A stretch of 64,000 nt of DNA from Cenococcum geophilum (Eukaryota), in NCBI GenBank assembly GCA_050273025.1, contig CP158635.1, forward strand, positions 9,920,001-9,984,000, given 5' to 3'. Of this stretch, positions 1 through 12,392 are shown piece after piece. The first letter of the stretch is position 1. Each line of letters begins with the position of its first letter. Made by a program: the position numbers and the translations under genes. The notes beneath the pieces were generated by a model. It did no database searches, was not told the DNA's origin, and worked only from the letters and a program-made list of their open reading frames with translations.

Positions 1-3000
1 CTTCGTAGCCTATCATCATTGTTCTCTCGCTCGACGGATTCGATCAGCGCTCACTCTCGGGCAGGCGCAGGGAAAAGTAAGAAACGAACACCGCAATTGA
101 ACATTCCTGGTCAAGAACGCTGGCAGGGCTTGACCCGCTATCTTGATGAGAGTCAGCGCGATGAGCATGATGAGTGGGATGCGGTTGAATACGCCAGGAC
201 ATCCCTCATTATTGATTGTCCTTGCATCAATGTGAGTTTTTACTGGGATGTCCCAGGGCCTGTGCCCTTCGATCCCGACTATGCTGCATCATGCTCTTCC
301 ATCCACAAAGGGGACATTAATGGTGGAGCCCCTCCTGAATATGGGTTAGATGTTCAAGTATACGGAGGTACGATCAATTACGGACCATGGGCAGACAGAC
401 ATCGGGCCATTTTCCAGTCGTTCTTCTTTCCGGGGGCCCATGTTGATGCTATCCCCGCTGAGCCTCTACGTCCCGGCGAAATTCGTATATTCTCCGTATT
501 TAAGCTGTACCTAAGTATCGAAGATGACACCGTACTTCGTATTCCTGTTCGAGAGCCGTCAAAGGACTGGAAGTGGAAAGGCAAAGCGCACACCGTCGCA
601 GGCCACGGGAAAAACGCCCCGGAGAAAGAGAAACCAAGAGGAAAGGGTAGGCGAAAGTCCGTTAGGGGTAAGCAGCGCGATAAAGGCGCGCCAGGCCCGA
701 ATGTCAGACCTTTCGCCTGGCTTGATATTAAAGTTGCTTCCGATTCTACAATTACTTACATGATGGATATGGTCGCCTCGAACAACGGCTATCGAAACAA
801 GTTAGATGTTGACATGCGCGGTTCGGAAATCTCCTCTAGCGTTAACCATGGCTTGTTGTGGAGATCCGGCGGCTTAGCATTAGACTGCGACCTATCGAAT
901 CCCCTTAGCTGGAATCAACTTAGGAAATGGGCCTTTAATATTTCCTGCGATAGCCTGGAGCTATTTCTGCTGCGAGACCACCTATTCCTACTCACAGATC
1001 TTGTCAGCGACTGGGGTTCAGGACCGCCTCCTGATTACTTTACTTTTGTTCCCTTCCAGTACTTTCTTAACGTGGATTTCCACAACTTTAAGCTTTTCCT
1101 GAATACCAACGACTCAAACATTGTGAACAATCCCTCTGACTTGGACGACAACAACTTCGTAATTCTATTTGGCCAGCGGTTACGTGCTAAGCTGACAATT
1201 CCTTTGGACCATTATCGGCCCCTCCAGAACGAGATTCCGTTCGATGTACAAGCTCAAGACTTAGGGCTCGAGCTTTGTATGCCACCGAAAAACTCACTAA
1301 GCACATTTGTTCGCTCGAAAAATGTAGCGAAGCTGGGGGGGCTGACCATATCCGGAAGCCATAACTATTTCACAGAAACGTCCAGCGCCAACACTGATAG
1401 GCTGCACCTTGATATCCATGGAACAAGGCTCTCATTGGACGTATACGGTTTTCTCATTCGTCATTTTATGAAGATCAAAGACAATTACTTTGGCGATGAC
1501 CTGCACTTCAAGACTTTGGAGGAATATCAGGGCCTCCCAAATCAAAATCTGGCAGTGGACGGCACCACACTATCAGACCAACATGTGAATAAGTCTAATG
1601 ACCTTGACGTTATTCTTTGCATCTCTGTGGATCAAGCCAGTGTTTTTGTAGCCTCCAATCTCTATTCGGCGGAGAATAATATCAGGGTGGATCTTCCATA
1701 TGCATCAGCAGACCTCAGATTCACAAACTACTATATGGACCTCATGGTAAACTTCAGCCCATTGAGTGTATCACTTGGCGCATCGGTTACAAATCCTGGA
1801 ATACCCTTGGAGCCGAGCGGACAGACCGAGATCTTCATTGAGTCGGTTGATGTTTTCGGACATCGGCTATTTGGACTGCCGCCAACAGAACCCACGTACG
1901 TGTGTAATTGGGATCTCAATATTGGAAATATATCTGGGGAATGCTCTAGTGAGTTCTTGGAAAAGGCTGCGGGTGCGGCACGCTCTTTTGCTTTCACTTT
2001 CGACGACGACGAGAATGCCCTACCGCTAGCCAAGCCGATAATCATTCATGACTCAACATTTCTACGGCTCAAAACTAAAACTGTTCGTGTGTGGCTGCAC
2101 ATCGCAAAGGATGTCGTACTCATGAGTACCGGACCAGTAACTCTTGAATTTAATGACCTAGCTACGTCAACTTTCTCTCAGCGACTAAAAGTATTGATAC
2201 CTGACCTGACAATAGCGTGCGTCGATGCAAGGTCTGCTTCACGCCATCGAACGCGTGCAGGAGAACGTCACACTGTCGAGACACATGCATACCTCCAAAC
2301 GACTTTGGCATTAAACATGCTTAAGCGAAAACTTGACTTCGAAGCAGAACGCGAGAAACAACAGTCTCATATGCGGAAGGAGGATCAGAGAACTCACCGA
2401 ACGCCATTTCTATTACTGGAAGACCAGCAACTTTCTGCTAGCCAACATCCTCAAAATCAGAGTAAAGTAAATCCTCCAGCTATGCAATTTCCGTTGATAC
2501 CACATCCGATCGTTGTCGAATCACAATACGGCTCCAACTCTGGCTCCCAAGCCTCTTCAAGCAATTCATTAAACCTTGAATATACCGACATGGGCTCTTC
2601 ATACGATAGATCGTCGATCAGGGGGAGGCCGTCCAGGCCGGTACCCCTACGTTCTTCCTCAACTGGATCTCTAATACACAGTATCCGCAACGCGCACCAG
2701 CTCAGAGGCCATAAACATCCTGTTGCTTCTAGCCAGAGTAGGACTCTAGTAGGCAGATCTCATTCTCGTTCTGAGAGTGTCGATTACTCATATACTCTTC
2801 CCGGCGACGAAGAGCGGGAAAAGCGAGGGTTACCTCCTTCATCTGTTGCATTCTCAAGCTCTCTGGCAACTCCGTACTTTCCGTTAGACCTCGTCGAGCC
2901 CGATTTATCTGACGTGCCTCCTTTTCCAGTGGCTTCTGGAGAGCCTTACGACCCTGAAGACGATTTACCCATATTTGACGACGTTTCTATGAGAGCTTTT

Positions 3001-6000
3001 AACGAGAACTTTAACCACACCAGTTTTCTCATAAGCGCAGAGCCTGGCATCCGGATTCACTGCACACCTCACGCAATAAAATGTGCGGCGAACCTAGTCG
3101 ATATAATCAGCCCTAAGCACCCTGAGGAACTCCTAGATGTTTTCCAAGTTGACGTGATGTCTAAGATTCTAGATCTTCAGAAGCGGCGAGAAGGTAAAGG
3201 AAAGTCGAATGAAATCAGCCTGCGAATACCTTTTACTCATGTACGATTTGCCAATGAGTTCACCAAGAATTCTGGTGAGTCGGAGCTTGAGAAAGACCAA
3301 TATGATCTGATATTAGATCAGTTCAAAGTTGCTGCGCGAATAAAGGACTTTCAGGGCGAGCATGCTGGTGAAAACACCGTGTCGCTGCATTCTACTCTTG
3401 GCTCACTTAATATCTCTGTTAAGGAAAGATGTCTTGATTTACCTAATGAAGATGTAGCTGTTCAGGCCCAAGTGAACGATCTGCTGCTCTGGGTCTTGAA
3501 AGGCAAACACGCATCGGTAAACCTTTCTTTCAGGGCCTTTGAGGTTGCAACCGCAAGCAAGAAGGTGGAATATCTTGCTTCACTCATTCACCGTACCACT
3601 CGACTTGCACAAGAATTTGCTACAACGTTTGGAAACTTGAATGTTGAACAGCAAAGGCGCCTTCGCTTCCTAGCCTGGTTCTTGACCACATCCAAAGGCC
3701 AAAGCCCGGACCCAGCATTCTTGACGAGACCCTCATACGCCATACGCGCTGCCCGTGATCATCTCCGAAATCATGATTCCTGGAAGATCATATCTCGCTT
3801 CCGTTATATCTACCAGTGCTTGCCGGATGACCAGAAGTCAGAGCTCGGGCATTGTTGTCAGAAGAAGTTCACAAGTTGTCCGAGCGATGCTGAGGAACGA
3901 GTCATATCAATGTGGGATCAGTGGCGCACTTGGGATTTAGCACATGTCAAGAAGAGCTTGGCGATGCGAAGACTTTATGGCTCAATTGCTGGAATAGAGA
4001 AAATATCTCCAAAACCGATACCAGTCTATATTGACATCAAATCAGCGGGTATTAGATTGGTCGTCGACCCTGGACCGAAACAAAGTGAGGCCTCTATGCA
4101 AATTGTGGCGATCAATCTTATTATGCGCCCTCCGCCTAAGCCGACCGGTCTTATGCTTCTCGAGGCCGAGAAGCCGAAATCAACATTACTTCAGATCAAT
4201 TCTAAGAATAGTACTGTGCAGATCAGTTGGGAAATTTGCGAGCTTATTGAGTTCCTCATGAAAATGTTTCAAAATGTGATACCTGCGGAAGGCCTGGTTG
4301 CTGGGGGAGACGTTGAACCAACACCGCAACAAAAAATCCATCATACTGAAGAGCAGCCTGAAGACCACGATTTTCAGGTGATCTACGTAACTGAGCACGC
4401 TGAATTCGGTCTCGATAGTATAAATCTGAGGAGCGTCTCCATGGGCAGGGATCTACAACTGTCCCTTGTTAGATCCGACAAAACGGCTTTAGGAGAGGGT
4501 AACACCTTAAGCATATTGGTTCATGCTGATGCAGCAGCTACAAAATTGCTTTCAAGGTCCCGCCTGATGTTGGCCTCCAGATTGGATCAACCAAATCTCT
4601 CTTTCTCGCGATACGACAGCGGTGATGTTGGGAATTTATCTGAAGATTTCAAGATCGCAGGTGTGAGTAGGATGATTACTGTTGAAGTTAAAGAGGATGT
4701 ACTTGGTTTCCTTGAAGTCTTTGATTCTGTTCTGTGTGATGAGGTTGCCTATTTCCAACGCCAAGCTATCCTCTTCCAGGATTCCAGCAAACCAAGGCCT
4801 GTGGACTCAATCAACTCGGACAAGCGTTTCCCGAATATCACAGTCGCTTTGCTGATGGATTCCTACCTCATCGACATCACACTCTTGCAGTCCCTCACCT
4901 GGTCAATCTCTGGTGGGCCTGGTAGAGTCTCAGTTACTCCAGCTTTGGGACGGGAGACCACGCTGAACATTGATTTGGATCTTGAAAAACACTCACATAA
5001 AATGTACAGCAGTACAATTGATGGTTCAAACGTCATCGCTGCTCTGGAGCTGCCTCCTGTTAACGGTACGATAAGTGTAACACAGACCGAGAGGCAGACC
5101 ACCCTAAAAGCCTCGGTGATCGTTGATGCTATTACCTTTCAAGCTTCGGAAATACAAGGACTGGTCACTACTATCAACAAACCGGGGATGTCGAGCGTTT
5201 TCCATACTGCTCGGGATGACATTGAGATTATTAAAGGTCATTTTAGCGAGATCTTTCCCGATACGGCCCGGACTCCATCTATCGAGCTTCCCCCTGCGGC
5301 AAGGGATCTGATTTTCGGGATACACCTTACGCTTGCTGGCCTGAGCATTCTTGCCAGCGCCCCTGGACAGAAACCTGGATCTGCAACGGCCAATCTTGCC
5401 CTCAAACTGGCTTCCATTCAGATGAAGGCGACAAACATTTCTCCCAACGAAGATGGAATTCTACCTCTACCTGAAATTACTGCTCGCCTTCAGCAAATTA
5501 GCGTAGAAATGGTGTTATCTGACAAAGAAACTGTTCGTCACTGTGGAAATTTAACATTCGGTGCTTCTTTCCATGCAACTGCAGAAGATGGCTCACAATC
5601 TGCAAAGAGAGTTTATCGCATCCGCAGTCCAGGCCTAGAGGTTAACGTTTTTGCCGACACTGCATCCGCCGTTGTTGATGTGTTAAATCATCTTCAGGAT
5701 AAAATCAAAGATTTAGATCTTTCAAAAGAGAAGAAGTACCTTCGAAGACTTCGCCCTAAGAAAAGTCGCGCATCCAATAGAGACTCTAAGGTCGTTGCTG
5801 CAAGTGCGAGTGAAGAAGGTAGCGTCAACTCTAGTGCGCTTTTCACATCTGCTTATTCGCTCGAATTGCTGGATATTCAAATAAGCTGGATTGTTGGAAC
5901 TTCTATCACAACATATCTCGGCGTTGAGTCAGAAGATCTGGTGCTGTCTTTTCAACGAATCGACTTGTCGACAAAGAGAGACGATGCTGCTCGGTTAATG

Positions 6001-8703
6001 ATCGAGGACATGCAGTTGCAAATGATTCCATCGTCTGCCGATAAGAAACAACGATCATTAAATTCAGCACTACTGCCAGAGGTTGTTTTCAATGTTGCCT
6101 ACAGCTCCACCAAAGAAGATCGTAAGCTGGCTCTCCAGGCAGCAGGAAAATCTCTCGATCTGAGGCTGGAATCCCGTTTCATCCTACCTGCAAGTATACT
6201 TGAGCAATCAATTGCCCTTGCTGGAAAGAAATTCCGCGCAGCCTCCGCAACATGGAATACAACGCCCACATCGAGCGGCTGCCAAAGAAAGAGTCCATTC
6301 GGGAACAAAAGGTTGTCCTCACTTCTGGTAGATGCTGATTTCGCTGGTGCTGTCGTCCATTTGCAAGGTAACACGGGTTCTAACAGTACGAGCACACGTC
6401 TTGGTGGATCGAGAGAGAGCCGTACACATCAGAAAGGAAGATATAGCCAATTCGTAAGCGATGGCTCGACGAACAGCACCTCTTTACGTGCTCCCGGCGT
6501 TGCATTAAAGGTTGAGTACAAAGACGATGGCCAGGAGCCCTCACTCAATGCCGAATTGAAAATCGATGCATCTAACAATACTCTTTACCCAACTGTGGTC
6601 CCTCTAGTAATGGAAATCTCGAACAGTATTAAGGAGGTTATTCGAGAAACGGATGAATCTGGTGGATCAGAGAAAGAAGAGCAGCTCAAATCTTCCAGCA
6701 AGCTACTTGACGAAGAGAATCTAATAACAGCCGATCCGAGCGCAATTCTTGGAAGAACCCGCTTGAGCCTGGGTATTCGAATATGCAAACAGGAATTCAC
6801 ACTCAGTTGTCAACCTATTGCCAGAGTTGCCGCTACAGCACGTCTAGAGGACATTTATGTTACAATCAATAGCGTAAAATCCACTGATCACGGCCATTTC
6901 TTCGCCGTTTCTGCAGCATTCGAGAAATTGCAAGCCTCTGTACAACATGTTTACTCTCGAGAATCAACGTTTGGATTTGATGTGGAATCAATCATCCTCT
7001 CTTTTATGAACAGTAAGCACCTAAGTGGGACTAGTGGTATCTCAGCCATTCTCAAGATCAACCCAATGCGGACACAGGTAAACGCACGCCAATTGCAAGA
7101 CTTCTTACTCTTCCGCGAAATTTGGATTCCTCCTGAGGTACGACAGGCGTCAAAGCCTCCCGCTCCGTCAGTTAGCACGGAGCCTCAGGAGTATCTAGTC
7201 CAACGCTATCAGCAAGTTACAGCAGCGGCAGCTTTCCCATGGAATGCGAATATTGCCATCGCAGAAGTATTCGTCGAACTCGACCTTGGTCAGGCCATCG
7301 GAAAGACCTCATTGACAGTATCTAATCTTTGGGCATCCTCCAAGAAAAACTCGGACTGGGAACAGAACCTATGTATCGGCGTTGAAAAGGTCACAGTTGA
7401 TAGCTCAGGCCGGACGAGTGGGTTAGTCGAGCTGTCTGGCGTTAAAGTACGAACGTCAATTAGTTGGCCGTCGCGGGTCATCAGCATTCGCCAGACACCA
7501 CTCATTCAGGCTTCTCTTGGCTTCCAACGATTGCGAGTCAAGGCTGGATTTGACTATCAAGCTTTCGTCATCGCTGACATTGCAAATTTCGACTTTCTAA
7601 TGTATAACGTACGAGAGCAGCTGAAGGGTTCGCGAGATCGCCTTGTGGCGATTCTCGACGGAGACAAAGTTCATGTCTTCTGTACCGCGACTAGCGCAGC
7701 CCAAGGACTTGCTCTCTTCCAAGCTCTTGAGCGCCTTGTCCAAGAAAACCAGCAAGCTTACGCGCAGTCACTCAAAGACATTGAAAAGTTCCTACGTCGC
7801 AAATCATCTATGGTACCATTCCGCACGGCATCCCAGACACTTATCTCCACGAAACTACATCCAGACGCTCTCAAAGCGCCAATATCCCTCCACACAGACG
7901 TGGTCGTTACTCTCCGCTCCGTTAACATTGGTATCTTTCCCTCAACCTTCACTGACAGCCAAATTTTCATGCTGGAGGCCTCAGACAGCCAAGCTCGATT
8001 CGCGGTAGCGCTTGAGAAGGGCCAGATCCATTCCGTGCTCGGGATGACTTTGGGCCAGCTCAGCGTAGCTCTTGCCGGCGTGCCTCAACCCAAACACACC
8101 AAGAGCCCCAACGACATCACGGTCGAAGAAGTCGTCGAGAGCGCGCGAGCAGCGCGCGGAGGCACCATCTTGCGTGTACCAAAAGTCCTCGCGACCATGC
8201 AGACGTGGCAGGCGCCCGACTCAAACCACATCGACTACATCTTCAAGTCGTCACTGGAGGGCAAAGTGGACGTCGGCTGGAACTACTCGCGCATCTCCTT
8301 CATCCGCACCATGTGGTCGAACCACTCGCGCTCGCTCGCGTCCCGGCTCGGCAAGCCGCTGCCCGAGTCCGCGCTCAAGATCACGACGCCGGAGAAGCCC
8401 GAGACGAGCGCCGCTGATACGGGCGGCGAGGCTGACGCGCACGACAAGACGTCCGCGGAGAGAGAGAAGATCACGGCGGTGGTGAACGTGCCGCAGAGCA
8501 GGTACGAATATACGGCGCTCGAGACGCCGGTGATTGAGACGCCGCAGTTGAGAGATATGGGCGAGGCGACACCGCCGCTGGAGTGGATTGGGCTGCATAG
8601 GGATCGGTTGCCGAATGTGACGCATCAGATTGTTATTGTGACGTTGCTGGAGATTGCGAAGGAGGTTGAGGATGCGTACGGAAGGATATTAGGGTCGTCG
8701 TGA
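1..8703 (+). CDS. CSF1: Csf1/BLTP1-family bridge-like lipid transfer protein (5'-partial; the frame is open from base 1)
   Basis: Uninterrupted ORF of about 2900 aa. The C-terminus ...IETPQLRDMGEATPPLEWIGLHRDRLPNVTHQ and the internal INYGPWADRHR motif match fungal Csf1 as recalled. Confidence 0.9.
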   Translation, partial: LRSLSSLFSRSTDSISAHSRAGAGKSKKRTPQLNIPGQERWQGLTRYLDESQRDEHDEWDAVEYARTSLIIDCPCINVSFYWDVPGPVPFDPDYAASCSSIHKGDINGGAPPEYGLDVQVYGGTINYGPWADRHRAIFQSFFFPGAHVDAIPAEPLRPGEIRIFSVFKLYLSIEDDTVLRIPVREPSKDWKWKGKAHTVAGHGKNAPEKEKPRGKGRRKSVRGKQRDKGAPGPNVRPFAWLDIKVASDSTITYMMDMVASNNGYRNKLDVDMRGSEISSSVNHGLLWRSGGLALDCDLSNPLSWNQLRKWAFNISCDSLELFLLRDHLFLLTDLVSDWGSGPPPDYFTFVPFQYFLNVDFHNFKLFLNTNDSNIVNNPSDLDDNNFVILFGQRLRAKLTIPLDHYRPLQNEIPFDVQAQDLGLELCMPPKNSLSTFVRSKNVAKLGGLTISGSHNYFTETSSANTDRLHLDIHGTRLSLDVYGFLIRHFMKIKDNYFGDDLHFKTLEEYQGLPNQNLAVDGTTLSDQHVNKSNDLDVILCISVDQASVFVASNLYSAENNIRVDLPYASADLRFTNYYMDLMVNFSPLSVSLGASVTNPGIPLEPSGQTEIFIESVDVFGHRLFGLPPTEPTYVCNWDLNIGNISGECSSEFLEKAAGAARSFAFTFDDDENALPLAKPIIIHDSTFLRLKTKTVRVWLHIAKDVVLMSTGPVTLEFNDLATSTFSQRLKVLIPDLTIACVDARSASRHRTRAGERHTVETHAYLQTTLALNMLKRKLDFEAEREKQQSHMRKEDQRTHRTPFLLLEDQQLSASQHPQNQSKVNPPAMQFPLIPHPIVVESQYGSNSGSQASSSNSLNLEYTDMGSSYDRSSIRGRPSRPVPLRSSSTGSLIHSIRNAHQLRGHKHPVASSQSRTLVGRSHSRSESVDYSYTLPGDEEREKRGLPPSSVAFSSSLATPYFPLDLVEPDLSDVPPFPVASGEPYDPEDDLPIFDDVSMRAFNENFNHTSFLISAEPGIRIHCTPHAIKCAANLVDIISPKHPEELLDVFQVDVMSKILDLQKRREGKGKSNEISLRIPFTHVRFANEFTKNSGESELEKDQYDLILDQFKVAARIKDFQGEHAGENTVSLHSTLGSLNISVKERCLDLPNEDVAVQAQVNDLLLWVLKGKHASVNLSFRAFEVATASKKVEYLASLIHRTTRLAQEFATTFGNLNVEQQRRLRFLAWFLTTSKGQSPDPAFLTRPSYAIRAARDHLRNHDSWKIISRFRYIYQCLPDDQKSELGHCCQKKFTSCPSDAEERVISMWDQWRTWDLAHVKKSLAMRRLYGSIAGIEKISPKPIPVYIDIKSAGIRLVVDPGPKQSEASMQIVAINLIMRPPPKPTGLMLLEAEKPKSTLLQINSKNSTVQISWEICELIEFLMKMFQNVIPAEGLVAGGDVEPTPQQKIHHTEEQPEDHDFQVIYVTEHAEFGLDSINLRSVSMGRDLQLSLVRSDKTALGEGNTLSILVHADAAATKLLSRSRLMLASRLDQPNLSFSRYDSGDVGNLSEDFKIAGVSRMITVEVKEDVLGFLEVFDSVLCDEVAYFQRQAILFQDSSKPRPVDSINSDKRFPNITVALLMDSYLIDITLLQSLTWSISGGPGRVSVTPALGRETTLNIDLDLEKHSHKMYSSTIDGSNVIAALELPPVNGTISVTQTERQTTLKASVIVDAITFQASEIQGLVTTINKPGMSSVFHTARDDIEIIKGHFSEIFPDTARTPSIELPPAARDLIFGIHLTLAGLSILASAPGQKPGSATANLALKLASIQMKATNISPNEDGILPLPEITARLQQISVEMVLSDKETVRHCGNLTFGASFHATAEDGSQSAKRVYRIRSPGLEVNVFADTASAVVDVLNHLQDKIKDLDLSKEKKYLRRLRPKKSRASNRDSKVVAASASEEGSVNSSALFTSAYSLELLDIQISWIVGTSITTYLGVESEDLVLSFQRIDLSTKRDDAARLMIEDMQLQMIPSSADKKQRSLNSALLPEVVFNVAYSSTKEDRKLALQAAGKSLDLRLESRFILPASILEQSIALAGKKFRAASATWNTTPTSSGCQRKSPFGNKRLSSLLVDADFAGAVVHLQGNTGSNSTSTRLGGSRESRTHQKGRYSQFVSDGSTNSTSLRAPGVALKVEYKDDGQEPSLNAELKIDASNNTLYPTVVPLVMEISNSIKEVIRETDESGGSEKEEQLKSSSKLLDEENLITADPSAILGRTRLSLGIRICKQEFTLSCQPIARVAATARLEDIYVTINSVKSTDHGHFFAVSAAFEKLQASVQHVYSRESTFGFDVESIILSFMNSKHLSGTSGISAILKINPMRTQVNARQLQDFLLFREIWIPPEVRQASKPPAPSVSTEPQEYLVQRYQQVTAAAAFPWNANIAIAEVFVELDLGQAIGKTSLTVSNLWASSKKNSDWEQNLCIGVEKVTVDSSGRTSGLVELSGVKVRTSISWPSRVISIRQTPLIQASLGFQRLRVKAGFDYQAFVIADIANFDFLMYNVREQLKGSRDRLVAILDGDKVHVFCTATSAAQGLALFQALERLVQENQQAYAQSLKDIEKFLRRKSSMVPFRTASQTLISTKLHPDALKAPISLHTDVVVTLRSVNIGIFPSTFTDSQIFMLEASDSQARFAVALEKGQIHSVLGMTLGQLSVALAGVPQPKHTKSPNDITVEEVVESARAARGGTILRVPKVLATMQTWQAPDSNHIDYIFKSSLEGKVDVGWNYSRISFIRTMWSNHSRSLASRLGKPLPESALKITTPEKPETSAADTGGEADAHDKTSAEREKITAVVNVPQSRYEYTALETPVIETPQLRDMGEATPPLEWIGLHRDRLPNVTHQIVIVTLLEIAKEVEDAYGRILGSS

Positions 8704-9131
8704 TATCGAACAGGAAAAGATTGCATTGAGAGGTATAGGGAAGTTGATAAATGTATAGATGGTCTGTAAGCAGATGGCATCAGTTGGGATGGTATGATTA
8801 TTTGTAACATGTAGCTGTGGCATTACTTGGGAGGCGTGGAGAGTAGCTTCATGCTTTGTTATTTTGGCGTTGTAGACAGGGGCTGTAGTTACAAAACAAA
8901 CCCATAGTAGGAATAATTTTTCAACGATCTAAACATCGATTGTTGCGAAAACTGAATAGAGGTATCACAACAAATGTAGCCAGGCATGCCATGCATTCTA
9001 TTTAAAGACAACTTTAAAATTGCCGAGTCGAAGCTCGCGATTCTCACAAACTACCCACGCCAAAAAACGTTTTCAGCGCCTTTATCCAAACGACACCAAG
9101 AAAAAAAAAAATGGTAAAACGTACTATTACA

Positions 9132-11331
9132 TCACCGTTCATCACCGAACGCATTCTTTAACGCCTCAAAGTGGGATTTCATCTCCTCTGCAAGCCTCCC
9201 GTCCGCATCCGCGATAATCGTGATGACAAGGCTGTAGTTGTTGCAAAGGAACCTGTCCCTCTTCCTCTGCTCCCCAATACCCTTGCTCAACCTGGTCAGA
9301 TAGGCTTCGAAGTCGCTGCGCAGGCGACCAACGCTGTTGGAGACAGGCTCGTCATCACCAGCCTCGGAGCTCAGGGCCAAGATGCCCTGCAGCAGACTGG
9401 CGAATTTTTGGGTGAGTGGGTGAGGGGCAGTGGACTGGGAAGTGTTTGTTGAGGAAGCTAGGATTGATGCGGAGGCAGATGGTCTGTTCGGAAGCGAGGC
9501 TGCGAGGCGTCGGAGCGACTCACAATGCTGGTCGATGATGAGCTGGAAGCGTGGCCATAAGAGCATGTTCGTGGCGTTGATATAGCCTTCGACGGTAGGA
9601 ACTTTGCGGCGTTGGAGCTCGAAAGCAAAGTGCTGATTAAAGCGGACGCAGAGCATGATGCCAAGGGTATCTGTGGTGGTATCTATGAGTTGTTTGGTGA
9701 GTGATTGACCGAGAGCAAACGTCGGTTCAAATATTGAAGTGAATGTGCGGGAGATGGTATGATAGTTCTGAACAGGACTGAAGTATGTTGTTAAGAATGT
9801 GTATTCAAATGAAGCGTTATCGATCAGGGCGAGATTGAAGGCTCGAAATGGTACTTCAAGGTAATGGGTTGTCTTTTCTTCTTCAGCAACATACGCTGTC
9901 AAAGCTGCGTGGGAGGGATTCTTCAGGAGATCCATTCGCCGACCTAGCGAGAAGGCATCATGTGTGGCCGGCATCATCCTTGAATTACTCAGGAGAGGTG
10001 CGCGCTTAGCGTTGTCGTCTTGCCCCAGTACATCATGCTTATCGAGAGCATGAAGCTTCATCTTTTCTAAAGCTTTCTGATAACGAGAGAAATGGTTTAA
10101 GTAATACCAACGCATAGTGTAAACGTAGGCTTGGCTGATCTCCTCTGCTAGCTGAGGCTGGTGCTTTGCCAAAAAAGCATACAGGTCTTTGTACTCGAGG
10201 AAAGTTTGCTGCTGGATAATTTGGGCGTTGATACTCGGAGATCGAATGGCTTTAACCTGCGCCACTATGTAGTCCCGTATGCGTTCAACAGCCTGATATG
10301 ATCAGCACCGATTTTCCGCAAACACCAATTAATCATACCTTGTTTATCAAGTCCTCTAGTAAAGGCTTTACATCTCCAAGAGCCTTGGCATTATTTTGCT
10401 CCTTTGACTTCGCATTGATAGTCCTCGACCGTTTCTCAAGCTCTGATAATGCTTTGAGAAAGCCATCATCAATTGGACCTTCTGATATCTTTCTTACAAC
10501 AGCTGGCGATATGCTAATATCCTCCACTGCAGGACCCAAGAATTTTTCCACCACTTTCCGATTATCCAATTTAGTGTTCAATGCAGTAGACCGAGACTGG
10601 AGCGTTTCGATTTCGGCCGAGACAGCCCCGAGATCAGATCTGAAATTAGTGAGATACATCTCAACGGATTTGAGCACTTCATCACAGGCCTGCAAACTTA
10701 TGGATTAACCCAAGCTAAACCCAAAATTCTTCGTACCATATCATACCAATATTGACCTATGAAGGTCCTCAAATTTATCCTTTTCTTTTCCATCTGTGGA
10801 ATATGAGTATGAACCGATGTATGTGGAAGGAATAAACGTACATTCTTCAACTGATTGCGCACTATATGTATGTACACGAGAAATACGCTGTGTCGCATCG
10901 CTCTCTGCTTCTGCGAATGCTTGCAAACTTAGTCCGCGGAAGTCTATATCGCCCACTAATTCCACAGGCCTTGCCGCCGGAACACCTTTTGCGACACCTT
11001 CTTGCCCAGAAACAGTCTTTCGTGGTGGGCCTCCAATTATAGCCTCTAGCACCTTCAGAGGGTCCGGAATGTTTGCGGGAGGCACGCCATTGCCTTGGCG
11101 TCTGCGTCCTGCGTCATTTGGTACACGTGAGGCTGTTGGAAGACTAGCTGTTGAAGAGGTAGGAGAAACAAGAGATAGAGACGAGGATCGCGGGTTCAAG
11201 CCAGGCCTTGGGGGCAATGGGCCCGGCCCAGGCGTAAGATAGGGTCTTCGTGGAGCTGGTGAATAGGAGCGGCCTTGCGGTGGAGGAGTTGCGCTCGGAG
11301 TCGATTGCGCAGAGAAGCGGTCTAGCCACAT
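9132..11331 (-). CDS. VPS52: GARP complex subunit Vps52 (Sac2 family), 4 exons
   Basis: Exons about 11331-10842, 10793-10747, 10690-10339 and 10292-9132, with GT..AG introns. Motifs FRSDLGAVSAEIETLQSRS, IRSPSINAQIIQQ, LLWPRFQ and FLCNNYSLV. Confidence 0.92.
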
Positions 11332-11678
11332 TTCGCTAGACTGATAATGTTGTTACCTGAACATGGTGCGGCCAAGGCTACTCGGAGGCAATCCTGGTCT
11401 TGCAAGGCAAGAGAGAAATCTGAATATATTATTCTCTTTGTTCTAAGTCTGGACTGTCGCAAGCTTCCCCGTCAAGGTTCGCGCCGTCTCGAAGCTCAGG
11501 CGGCGTAATATTTTTTCCGAGTCCTAGCGTGAGCCTCGATTTCTTCTTTGCTTCCCCTCGTCTTCGACAAATCCCACAATCCAAGTTCTCCCCATCAAAC
11601 CCTCTCTTCAAATATCCACTCACCTCTGCTGCCTCTTCCTCCCATCTAGTCGCTTGAAGCAGACACTCATTTATCACC

Positions 11679-12392
11679 ATGGCCGACAATGATGCGCAGG
11701 TGAGTAAACTGAGCGCCCGCAATTTTATACCCCACCTTTATCGATTACTGCTGCGAAAGTGCTCAGGCATCAAGGGGTGGGATTTCTTCAGAACATCGTG
11801 CTAACGCCATTTTCGTAGCATGAGCACACCTTTGAGAGCGCCGATGCCGGTGCCTCTACCACCTATCCCATGCAGTGTTCCGCCTTGAGGAAGAACGGTT
11901 TCGTCGTCATCAAGAACCGCCCCTGCAAGATCGTCGAAATGTCTACCTCGAAGACCGGCAAACACGGCCACGCCAAGGTCCATCTCGTTGCCATTGACAT
12001 CTTCACCGGCAAGAAGTTGGAAGATCTTTGCCCTTCCACTCACAACATGGACGTTCCCAACGTCCGCCGCCAGGAATTCCAGCTCGTGAGTACTGGCGCA
12101 CGTTCCCCTCTCATCTTCCGGGCTAACAGCAGTGACACAGCTCGACGTTACCGACGATGGTTTCCTTTCTCTCATGTCTGATGATGGTACCACCAAGGAC
12201 GATGTCAAGCTTCCTGAGGGCGAAGTCCACGACAAGATCACAAAGCTCTTTACAGATGAGGGAAAGGATACCAGTAGGTATACTCTCTGGTTTTATTGGA
12301 GTACACATGGCTAATGTCATTTAGACGTCATCGTTCTCACTGCTATGGGTGAAGAAGCTGCTATCGATGCCAAAGAAGCTCCCCGCGGTTAG
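11679..12392 (+). CDS. HYP2: Translation factor eIF5A, 4 exons
   Basis: Hypusine motif [12 protein letters not shown]. Exons 11679-11699, 11819-12085, 12141-12273 and 12326-12392. Confidence 0.97.

Noticed and set aside
8070..8703. GC-rich 3' end of CSF1 with several overlapping alternative-frame ORFs
   Set aside because: Explained by a GC3-rich codon shift; the shadow ORFs have no recognisable motifs.
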